Shown here: positions 11,902 through 22,600 of the stretch, one piece after another
Position numbering within the stretch: the first letter of the stretch is position 1
How the letters are laid out: each line of letters begins with the position of its first letter
From: Macrostomum hystrix
Lineage: Eukaryota > Animalia > Platyhelminthes
DNA: 64,000 bases
Direction: 5' to 3'
Assembly: GCA_950097015.1 (NCBI GenBank)
Contig: CATNEN010000041.1
Coordinates: forward strand, 3,596,001 to 3,660,000
Program-made: the position numbers and the translations under genes
Notes under the pieces: generated by a model
What the model saw: the letters and a program-made list of their open reading frames with translations, nothing else
The model's database searches: none
What the model was told of the DNA's origin: nothing

Positions 11902-13765
11902 ATGCTATGCAACAAGTGCAGTCTAACCATGAGCCATTCTCAATCCGACTCCTCCATACTGACGGAATCTCTAGCGCCAATCACAGCACAGCATATGCAG
12001 TCTCAGCGGCAGCCTGTACAATCGCTCGTGTTGGAAGACAGGTGGTCCGTGCTAACTGTGTCAGAAGGAGATCAGCCGCGACACTCAGATGCTCCATTCC
12101 TGTATTGCTACGACTACTTGGGATCTGAGCACAAAGTACTATTCGAAAAATTGCTACAGAGTACACCATGGGAAGCACGCAAATGCAACATCAAAGGAAA
12201 GATATGCGACGAACCGCGGCGCACATTTGCATATGGAAAGCCGTAAGCTTACGCAGGAGTCGAATGGCCAAAAAATGAAAAGTAGCCTGAAGAGCTCTTA
12301 AAAATTCGGGACCAATTATCCTTAGAGACTGGAGTCCAATTTAACAGCGCTTTGCTCAACCTCTACCGAGATGGCAAAGATTCCATCGGATTCCACAAGG
12401 ACGATGAAGATTGCCTTGGTTGCTATCCAACAATCGCTAGCCTCTCGCTTGGCTCTGTGAGAACCTTGGTCATTCGAAATATCAGAGAATTGAGAGACTA
12501 CAGCCTCGTTATGAGTCCAGGAAGCTTACTGATCATGCGTGGGCTCTCTCAGACTGACTTCCTACACTCTGTGCTGAAGGAGCAGGATAGTGCACCGCGT
12601 ATAAATGTCACTTTTCGCTGCGTTCAGACAACGAATGGAACTGCTGACAGCTCCGAGAAGCAGGACGTCGAAGATGCCCTAGCAGTCGAATCAGCAAATA
12701 GCAAAGAAGTTAAGCAAAGTGAAGCTGAACCGCAAACAGCTACCGCAGAAGAAAGCGAAACTGCGGTTGACATCTCATTTCTAAGTCGACAAGCCAAACA
12801 ATCAAGAACAAGGTGGCGCAAGAGGCAATCAGTGACAGGCAGCAACTCGGAGGCAACATCTGCAGAGGAATCGAGCCTATGTGACGGACAGGCGACAGCT
12901 CAATTCAAAGTTCCGAAAAATAAGAAAGCAAAGAAAGGACAAGCGCTGAGAAAAGCAAGCGATAGACCGGAAATACGAACGTTAGCAGTGAAAGCGACCC
13001 AAACCGAAGTAGTGCTCGTCGACACTGCATGCAACACCGACTCCAGTATACTGATGGACACGGATCTTAAACGGTTGAAAGCGGTTGAAGGTGTCGCAGC
13101 GGTCCTAAGTGAGATCAAGCAGCTAGCACACCGGCTTTCTACGAGCTTTCTACTCGTATGGATGACTATATACAAAAAACCCGAAATACGCTCCAATCGT
13201 TGATCTCTTCACTAAGTCACAATATTGAGGCCCGGGTGCTGGCCAGCCAAGCAGAGATTCTTAAAACACTGAACACGAGTAAAGCAGAATCAACTAACCA
13301 AACAAAGCAAATGATTGCTTCAACCAAAGAGTTGCTCATTGCCGAAGAACGTGCAACAAGAGAGGATATTCACAAGAGTAAAGCGGCGATCAAGGAGTTG
13401 CATGATAAAATCACAGAGATGCATAGCCAGCCAAAACATGTGTAAAGCCCAAGCAGGACATACGCGGAAGCCCTAAAATCTCAAACAGCATCTTCAGCAC
13501 CATCGAGAAGCGAGCAGCCTACAAGACCTCCAGAAATCTCGGTTCTGGCAGCGCCAGCAGAACAAGCAGCTCGACACCCAAAAAGGTCAGCGCAATCGCA
13601 ACACGATGTAATCGTTCTGAGCACCAAGCAAGGAAAAATGATCGACTACAGAAGGATTTTCCATAGCAACACACTGCGAGTTGTGTACGAGTCGCAAAGT
13701 AAATTAATAGAAATCCTAAGAGCACCGAACTTTGTCGCTCAAGAGTTGCTTAGTTATCGACTTAG
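11902..13765 (+). pseudogene. Degenerate AlkB-family (ALKBH2/3-like) 2OG-Fe(II) dioxygenase fused to coiled coil; probable ORF1 of a non-LTR retrotransposon
   Basis: One reading frame from 11902: PRRTFAYGKP*AYAGVEWPKNEK*PEELLKIRDQLSLETGVQFNSALLNLYRDGKDSIGFHKDDE...FLHSV...PRINVTFR, with HxD, H and R-x5-R motifs intact. In-frame stops at 12244-46, 12283-85 and 13443-45, plus an 11-nt duplication frameshift (GCTTTCTACGA-GCTTTCTAC, about 13134-13153). Downstream: coiled-coil-like region, RTYAEALKS and VIVLSTKQGKMIDYRRIF. No introns; truncated by hAT at 13766. Confidence 0.8.
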
Positions 13766-15246
13766 CAGTGGTCGTGGCGGGTGTCCTTCTAAATTTTCGC
13801 GCCACCCAATTTTTTTCGCGCCATAGGTATCTATACATACAGCTAAGAATACCCAACAAAAAGAAGTTATGATACCTGTGGTATAGATAAGCTTGCAATA
13901 CAAAATTACAAATGTAGCATAAAGTGTAAAATTAGACAGGCAGTGTAAGTCGTAATATTGCATAGAAAATATTAAGAAGCAGGTTAGATTTGAACAGTGC
14001 GCTAAAGACTGAGAGATCATACGGCAATCTAAAGAGTTCACCCCGTCCGGTCCGTTTGTTGTAAAGTTAAGCAACATTTGGATCAAACTATATACGGATC
14101 TACAGTTTTTCCTAGATTTAGTTGGCATTTGTTAAAAAGTAATTATAAAGAAGGCTAAATATAGAACTATTACTTGATAATCGATCAAGTGTCATAGTTC
14201 AATAGTGGACAGTGGATAGGAAGCACGCCAGAGCTAGACGGACTCGTCAGTCGTCACGTCGGAACTTCTTCTTCGCAATGTCTTCAGGAAGTCGGTTTAC
14301 AATGGCCATCTCCGCAGCCTTTCGCTTGATCACCGCCTCAGTGATTCGCTCCGCCTCTCGTTGCTTTCGCTTGCGAATGCGCTCCTGTTCCTTGCGAAGG
14401 ATTTCCAGCTCTCTGTCCCTCTCTTCAGTCTTCCGCCTAACCTCGTCAAGCAGTTGAAGCGCTGCAGCCTTCTTGATTTTTTGTTCAATCTCCTTCTCCT
14501 TGGCCTCTGCGTCGCCCTGTAGGGTGCTCAGCTCCTTGCTCGCCTTCTTCTCGGCTGCAACTTCGGAAAACACCACCCCCCACAGTTTCTGGGACTGCTT
14601 TAGTTCCTCGGCAGCCAACTCGTCTCTTAGCCTCTGACGGTATGCCGCATGTGCACTGGCACACATGTTCCGCAGCACCGGAGTGACGGGCAAAGTCGCA
14701 GCAGTCCACTCGGGCACGATCGACTGATGGTAAGAGCTTTGACCGTGAACGGCGCTAAGCTCTGCCGCTTCTTCGTGATGGTGTCTCTCAGCTGACTGAA
14801 CACCCGCTCAACTTCCGGGTTCCCATGGGGCAAAACAAGTAGTGCTCGTACTAATCTCATCAGCAGAGGACGATTTCCAGCGTTTAAAATGGACTCCCAG
14901 AAGCTGACGACGTCGTCGGTCGGGGTAGAGGTAGACACATCCTGGTGAAGACGCACCTCCACCTCCACGCTGCCGATATAAACTATTCAGTACCAATAAA
15001 TTCAGACATGCACATGTGAATATGAAGGTAAAAAAGTTAGGGAGGTACAGAACATCATGAAATTTAATTTTAAATGGGTGCCTGGAGTTAAAAGCTTCTT
15101 AAGGAAAAAATAGCGCAAAAATGGGGGAATATTTTTCACATTTTCGCGCCATTAGCCATTCGCATTTTTCGCGCCATGGTCACAGAATTCGCATATTCGC
15201 GCCATTTCCGCGCAGGCGCGAATTCGCGCCACCGCCACGACCACTG
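13766..15246 (-). mobile_element. hAT DNA transposon, internally deleted
   Basis: 15-bp TIR CAGTGGTCGTGGCGG (13766-13780) / CCGCCACGACCACTG (15232-15246) and TTCGCGCC-rich subterminal repeats. Minus-strand remnant FWESIL..RPLLMRLVRALLVLPHGNPEVERVFSQLRDTITKKRQSL (14627-14968) matches the hAT C-terminal dimerisation domain, followed by a frameshifted coiled-coil tail (14247-14717). Confidence 0.9.
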
Positions 15247-15699
15247 CCCCCAACACCCCGGTTTAACCTCCAACCAAGCTACGCTCGGTCGGACCAAAAA
15301 AAGTTTCATAAAGAATTCAATGTTTCTGTGGTCTTCGGCAAGTGAAATACTCGGATTGAGGCCAACGAAGCCAATTAAGTCGATTGTTACTTACTTGCTT
15401 ACCTAACCTTTAATTTAATTACCCACCTTAGTAACTCTTCCTAATTACCAGTGGGGTAAATCAGTAAAAATGGATATTGAAGTCTTTGTTGTCTGTGCAC
15501 CGAAAGTTGGGCCGCTGCCCCAACATTTTTCCGAAAAATAGGCTTTCATTTAAACGAGGACATTTTATTTTTGAAAGGCATACTGCGTAATAAGCAAAAT
15601 TAAAAAATAGACAAGACACTGTATGCATCACATCAGCATGGCCGAGCACCTGACCAAATAGAATTTCGCAATCAAGAATTTAAAATCTTCAAATTTGAC

Positions 15700-16450
15700 G
15701 AAATGAGCAGCGGATCAAAATCGAGTACAGCGTTGATTTCAGACAAAACACCATAGACAAAATAAAGTGACACAAGACTTAAAGTACTCTCCGTTGATAC
15801 AGAGTTATTACGTCCTTTACAGAGATAAGGACGTAATAAAAACAACTAAACGGGAACTAGATGTACTGAAATCTAAGCAATACAGTCAGTATCAGAATTG
15901 ATAGAAATTCAGAATAAAAAAGACTGCTGTTAAGTCAAGCTTGGCATTGAATATAACAAGAGATCTGCGCAGCCACTGAAACCTTGGGAGCTGAGATAAA
16001 GGATAAGATCTAAATCAACTGTACACGATTTCGGTCGTAACATTAAAAGATCAGAAGAAGCAATTATACTGGCTGTCACATTCAGGGAGTGGGTAATACG
16101 AGCATAGATGAGAATCGGGACCTGAATATATTTTGACCATACTAAAAATGAAAATCTTGCTGGCATGATGCTAAAGTTAAATCGCAATAAAACGCATGAA
16201 GCTAAGAAAAGTGACACACGCTGTCCAAATCTATACTGACGAAAGATAGGAAGGAAGAGCAGCAGTTAACACAGCTTATTTCGGGACTACGAATAGGATT
16301 TGATTGGGATCCGAATTAAAATCAAAACTAATTAGGGATAGCAAAAGAGAGCTGCTCTTGCACGATTAATTTGCTAATCAAAACGATGACGTGCTGTTCT
16401 GTAATGCCAGTTCGTAGCATATACTAGAGGGGCCTCTAGAGACGCTATTT
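15700..16450 (+). mobile_element. Highly decayed fragment resembling the pre-RNase H/RNase H region of a non-LTR retrotransposon
   Basis: Hand translation gives VKLGIEYNKRSAQPLKPWEL (about 15935-15995) and AVQIYTDE (about 16220-16245), resembling the PxxPW motif and the IYTDGS RNase H motif. Many stops. Confidence 0.3.
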
Positions 16451-16568
16451 CCGCACACATACCTTTTAAATAAAGGTAGGTATCAAAAGTTGCTTTACAA
16501 CATTGCTAGCCTGAGTGGAGAACTCCTGAATCTATTAAGCTGGGTTCGATAAAAAACTTTGATTGCTT

Positions 16569-16574
16569 TTTATT
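16569..16574 (-). terminator. Candidate AATAAA polyadenylation signal of ATG2
   Basis: TTTATT on + (AATAAA on -), about 75 nt downstream of the ATG2 stop codon. Confidence 0.5.
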
Positions 16575-16647
16575 AAACGTTTGCTTTTGCCTTCCGAGAT
16601 GAGATAAGTTAAAACTTTCGACTAAAGTGAGTGCATTCTTTAGCGTC

Positions 16648-19600
16648 TCAGTCACTACCGCCCTTCCATTTGTGTCGCTCATCAGTCAGCGCGTTTGGCT
16701 GCAGGTGTTTGAAGGCGCCAGCAGTAAGGCAGTGGCCGGCGCCGGTCAAGGCCACCACCGGGCTTATGGCAGCTCCCGGCAGCTGTCGGACGATGCCCAC
16801 AACACCTGCCTCAGAGGCGGCCGCACGCATCTCGTCAGCGGTGTCACTGGCAGTTTCACGGATGACACGGACGGCACCCGCGCAGGCTTCGCGGAAGTCG
16901 CCACGACCTCCAGCCCCGCGAAGGACTGCCCTCAGACGGCGCTGTCGCCTGCGCTCGGCTAGTGGCAGTGGACTTAGTAGGTCTTGACTGAGCGCTGCCG
17001 CGGCTTGAAGGCCACCGAGGATGCGGCCAGTCAGGTCCAATAGCGCAGCGCCGCTACTGCTGGCAAAGGAGTTTGCACCACGCTGCAGACCCCTTAACAG
17101 CAGGCCGTGCCGCATCCAGGAGTCAACCGGAAGCCACACTAGATCTCTCAGACCTGTCAGCAGCTGCAGGAACACTCTGGCTGGTCCAAGGCCCCGCATC
17201 ACCTGGCCCTTCTGCCTTTCGCGCAGATCAGACACCCACTCGCCGAGTGCGTAAGTACAGAGGCGGTCAATGCCTAAAAGGCCACTTCGGTGCTCCAGGC
17301 GTTTGAGCCGTAACTCCACGTCATTTAGGTGCAAGAGGCCTAGCGCGATGCCGCCAAGCGCACCCTCAGATGGCTTGAAGCGGCCTCCGTTGAAATCTAG
17401 TCTGATGAAAACGTCTGGCGAAAACACGAAGCAGCGAAAATATAGTTGCTGCTGCTGGGGCTGCAAAGATTGTGGTGGCTGCTGCTCAGATTCTCGTTGA
17501 GCGATGATGGAGCCATGGGCAAGTTCGTCAAACAGCAGATTAATCTGCCGGCTGGCTTCCATAACAGCCGTGTCCGACTCGGCCCATACCGTCGCTGATC
17601 TGGAAGTATCCCCGGCCTCAGTTGCATTGGCGTTGTTGACAGTCGGGTCCATGTTGACAGTGCCAACAGAGATAGAATAGGCGTCAGTTGAGTCAACTGA
17701 CTGCGGCTGGCTCGGCTGGGGTGGAGCCAGCCGCTGAGATACCTGCGGGATAGCAAAAAAGTTGTGATTGCATGTTCAAATACTGCCATCAAACTGCCAT
17801 CAAACGATTCAAGCACAAATGATTGTAGATAAATTTTAGTGACAATTCAAATGAAAATCAAATATATTACAAATTACATATGTAATATATGTACCAGAAA
17901 CAAGCAATTTGGTGGCAGTGGGAACAAGCATTGTACACGTGACACAGGAGTCGCGACTTGATAAAGTAAGTGCAGGTGAATATATCTGCTGAGATAGTGA
18001 TGCCTCACCTCTGTAAAGAAATCCTTGAGGAAGTAGAATGCATCTTGATCCACATTGAGTCGCACTGGCTGCAAGGACACCATTAGCAGGCATTCGGATT
18101 TATGCACGGCAGTGTCCGACTTCTGGTGAGACAGCTTCAGGGATAGCATGGGAGTGTTGGTCTGCCGTGGCATACGCTCGGATGTGTGACGATAGAGGAA
18201 ACTCTTGATGGGGGAGGTGGCCACCTTGTCTAGAATCTCAAAGTCTTCAACAATAACCACCTGGCGCTGCAACGTTTGCGATTCTTCCGGAAATCTAGAG
18301 TGACGCATTGACAGCTTATGCACTTGCAGCTCCATGCACAGGTCTGAGCGGCGGCCGCTAACTGGGGTGTCAGAAGACAAATCGCGGGCCGAGTATGAGG
18401 CTGAGCGCTGGAGGAAGGTCGGTGTAAGGTGACAGTGAAATTTTAAATTTTTTCATTCCTTGAGTACTTTTAGACGCAAGTTTAACTTTAAGACGTCTGG
18501 ATGGGCGTGCTTCCAGTTACTTATACTGAAGATATTTATAATAAGATGTTTATATATTATTATTAATATACTGCTGCAAATAATCAAACTGTGAAATGGA
18601 GTATGGTCTGATGTACTCGTACATGGCTTCGCTAGAAGAAGCGAAAATAAAAAAACAGTTTTTTTGCGATTTTTTGAATAAGCACTCTCACCAGCGCGAG
18701 GCTGACTCCAGTTGCAGTAGTAGGGCGAAAATCAAAGCCGCCGTACAGAGAGATGCGGAAGCTGATGTCCCTCAGTGTGATCTGGTCTAGTGGAATCCCT
18801 AACTGCTTGGGCTCCTTCAGCCTGTCTGCCCTGCCGGCCGGAACAGGGTAAAAGTTGTCATCGATTTTTATTGGCTGCCGACTGATTTTTTTCACCTCAA
18901 AGTCCCCACTGCGAACACTAAGCCCGAGGCCGGGTTCATCAATAATGGTGAAGCCCAGGTCATCCTGAGCGTCATCGGCCTCCACAGTTCCAGCTCCGGC
19001 GTCGCTCAGGGCCTCCTGCAGCTGCACGGGAATACTCGACATCACAGAGCTGCTGAGGGCACTGTTGTCCCCGGCACGTACCGAATGCTGCTGCTGTTGC
19101 TGGATTGAGGCTGTGTTGCGGGTCGATTCTTCCGCCGTATTCTTGTCGCTTTCGCCCAGGTCGCCTTCGGCAGCCAGATGAGACACAAAAGACAGTAGAG
19201 CCTGTAGACTATCCGAGCACAGGTGAAGCTGCAGACCACGACTGGAGCAGTTTAGAATGAACTGAGGCTTGCGCTGTGGGTCAGTGAGTCGATTGTCACA
19301 GGTTGTCACAAATACAGTAAGTTGCTGACCAATAGTAACTACCGATAATCGTAGCACTAATAACTTAAGCAAAGTGATTTCTTAAGCAGCTAAACTTCAG
19401 ATAGTGGATCCGCAATTTTGCAGATAGACAATTTTCAGCAAACAGCAACTATCAATCAACATATATAGTGAGCAGTGGATAGTTAGGGTTTGTACTAATC
19501 TGCAACTTGTATTTAACACATCATAACTTACCAAGACCCCAGTGGCATCGTTCATTCCAATGCTGAGCTCCAGCACTTCAAAACCCCCAATATGGGCATA

Positions 19601-22600
19601 GTCTGAAGTGAAAGAGAGGTAGCATCAGTAGATCTTGTATTAATATTGTATTAGGACGAGTAAGCATCAAGGTAGTGACAAATATATGTCGGTCCAAAAT
19701 GGATGAATATAGAGGAGAATTTAATGATTGCATGGATGAATCAATGTACGAGCTATATGAGTCAATGGGTAAATTAGAACATAGCAATTTTTAGTACCAT
19801 TCTTCCACTTGGCAGAGGTGGCCTTGTCAGTGATGTACAGGTCGACATTCTCGATAAGAAAGTCACAGCCACTGCTGTTGGCTTCAATCTGCACTGTGCT
19901 GCTGATGTAAGCACTGCGGACCGTCAGCACCGACGATATAGGCAGTTTAGTTGGGCTACAAGAGCAGGAAAGATCACTTTATATGCTATGGGTGGGCAGA
20001 AAGGTTTGGTCAGAATTTTTTACTTGACTATTGCAAATAAGCCCATAATTTTAGTTTCTACTGTTATCGGATTACTAAAGCTATTACTCTTCAATGAAAA
20101 AATTAACACATTCCTCAAATAGCCAGGGTGGAGATTAGGAAAGGTGTACTTTACCGATAGTCCAGGGCGATGTCGTTAAAGCTGACATGCAGTGCAGTCC
20201 GTACCATAGGAGGCGTATAGCCCTCGATAGGATAATCCAGCAGCTCGAACATGTTCATTAATTGGCTCAGCCACATCTGCTGTCTGGGCTGCATTCGGTA
20301 ATGCAGGGCAGTCCGCGAAACAAGTAGTGCCACAGAGCACTCCTTTAACCGTGACTTCAGCTCCGCATCCACCGCTAGACTCAGCATAGGTTGGACGGAA
20401 AAGCCGAATGGCTGCTGGGCCGATCGGCTATTGGGCGACAGCACTAGCTGTAGCTCCTCCGGCAACGAGGCCGTCAGCTGGTTGAAGCAAGGCTCAGAGA
20501 AGAAGCTGAATGGTACGTCGCCTGCAGTTAAATGTGCGAGTTTTTATTTTGCTTTTTTCTCCAGAGCTTAAAAATTAAGTGCTGTAAGTGCTCATATACT
20601 TTTACATGCCCTGATAAGATATTCATCGACGAAAATTTCCTGCGTTTAATTCCCTAAAATGGACGCGGGCGCAGCCAAATAAAGCAAAGCTACGCTGGCA
20701 GGCTCAATAAGTAAAACACAGCGGCATCTTTTACTTTACTGTTCAGCAGAAGCCAAACTCACCAGCATGATACAAATGGAAGTCACCCAGTGAGACAGTT
20801 GAGTACACCTTGTTCGGGTTACCGCCGTGCCCAGACACCGTGAACACCTCACCGCCGCTAAAGTCAACTAGCATGGCGCCCGCTTGCTCTGGCTGCAGCT
20901 CGGGGTTCTCGTTGTTTCTGGCTCGTATTGGTAGATTACCAATCAGCCGGCCGGACTTAATGGAAATGAAAAGACAGAAATCAGACTGTTGCTGTTGTTG
21001 TTGCTGCTGCTGAGGATCTAGGATACCTGGCTTTCCGGAGGATCTTCGGGCTTCATCCTCATCTTCGCTTCCTGGAGCGAGAATACCAAAAAGGTATTTA
21101 TTTAATTTGAGTAGTATTTCGCGTAAAACTGCTAAAGTTTTAAGAGACAAGTCAAAAATACCACAGAAAAAAACTAAGCAGAAACCAAGATCATTGCACA
21201 ATCAAGACGAAGTAGAATAAACCCCACCTGAAACATGACATGAAATCAGAATTTACTACAAACAAAATGAAAGGAAATCAAGTAGCAGAAACGCCAACCA
21301 CTGTATATAGATAGTACAACTAGGGAACGATTATGCGTTAAATAAAGGCTTCTAGGATATACCAAATTCCAAAAAGGCAATCAAACTGCAGAAATCTCAC
21401 CCCAAGCAGAGCGAGATGACCTGCAGGAGGCATACTGCTGAGGAAAAGAAGTTCCTGCGCTGCCGAGCATCTCCGCAAAGTTGATATGCGCAGGCAGGAA
21501 GGTCCGCTGGTCGCAAGGGGAGTGTGGGGCCGGTTGCCAAAGTGCGAGGTCGTTGAGCAGCCGATTGTACAGCAGCTCCAGGTTGGACTGGCAATCAGTA
21601 TTAATAAGGCAGCGCGCCAGAGTCAGCTCGATCATAAGGCGGCTGTTGGATGCAGCAGATGCCCGGAACTCAGCCATCTCAGAAGGGTCTGCAGGTAGCA
21701 CCCGGGTCTCCCACACAAGGCTGTGCTGTCCACTGCCGCCACCGGCCTTGCCGATTATATCTCGCTTGGAAGAGAAAGGCGAGGCTCCCCTGGCCGGATT
21801 CAGAAGCAATGTGTCCATTGGCGGGGTACCGAGGCTGCCCAGCCCGCAAGGTGTAGCCGCAGCAGGAAGAGTAGCACTGAAGCCCAGCGAGTCTGGGAGG
21901 AGCCGTTGGCCTCGAGCGGGCCTCACCCGGACGTGTAGTCGAGCAGCCTCACTGATGCCATCCACTGCCTGCGAGGCTTCGGGAGGGCAGCGCCATGATT
22001 CCGCAAAACGAATGCGCTCAGTCTCTGAGCACAATGTGGAGGTAAGGCCATCAGCACATGATGCCTCAATAGCAAAGTCCGCGTCAGCGTGCAGCGCACC
22101 CAAGAAGCTGAGCTGGCGCAGCTGCAGCTCCAGCCACTCGGCGCGGGCCACCTTCTTGTACCATCGGGCCTGGCGCTGGCCGGGCGGCCGCAGGTCTGGC
22201 ACGGGAAAGTGCAAAACTAGCTGGACATGTGGAGACTCCAGTCTGATGTCTAAACGGTCCGCATCGCTAAATTCATCACAGATCTGGCTGGTACTTCCTC
22301 CAAGAGAAATGTCGGAGGCGACGGACGAAAAGGGCTGTTGACCGAACACATGGTGTATATCCTGTCATGGGTTGAGAAATCAGTCAGCTACGATGCAACA
22401 GGTGACTTATAAAATGTGAAAAAGTCTAAAACATTTTATGCTTAAAGTATAATTGTACGAGTAACAAGGTTAACAAAGTTACCTTGCTTTAGAAAGCGCT
22501 AACAGTAATCCTAAAAACGTACTAATAGTACAACATTTAATTGCTAACTGAAGAAAAGCAGTAGGATCGCGAAACCTAAGGTCAGACACAAGGCTTTTAG

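Noticed and set aside
12244-13445. Stop-codon reassignment or readthrough explaining the in-frame TAA/TAG in the AlkB ORF
   Set aside because: Host genes in the window end normally at TAA/TGA, and the same ORF also has an 11-nt frameshift; ordinary decay is simpler.
16627-22341. Plus-strand ORFs such as 21481-22341, 16627-16987 and 17021-17500
   Set aside because: Antisense shadows of GC-rich ATG2 exons with no recognisable domains.
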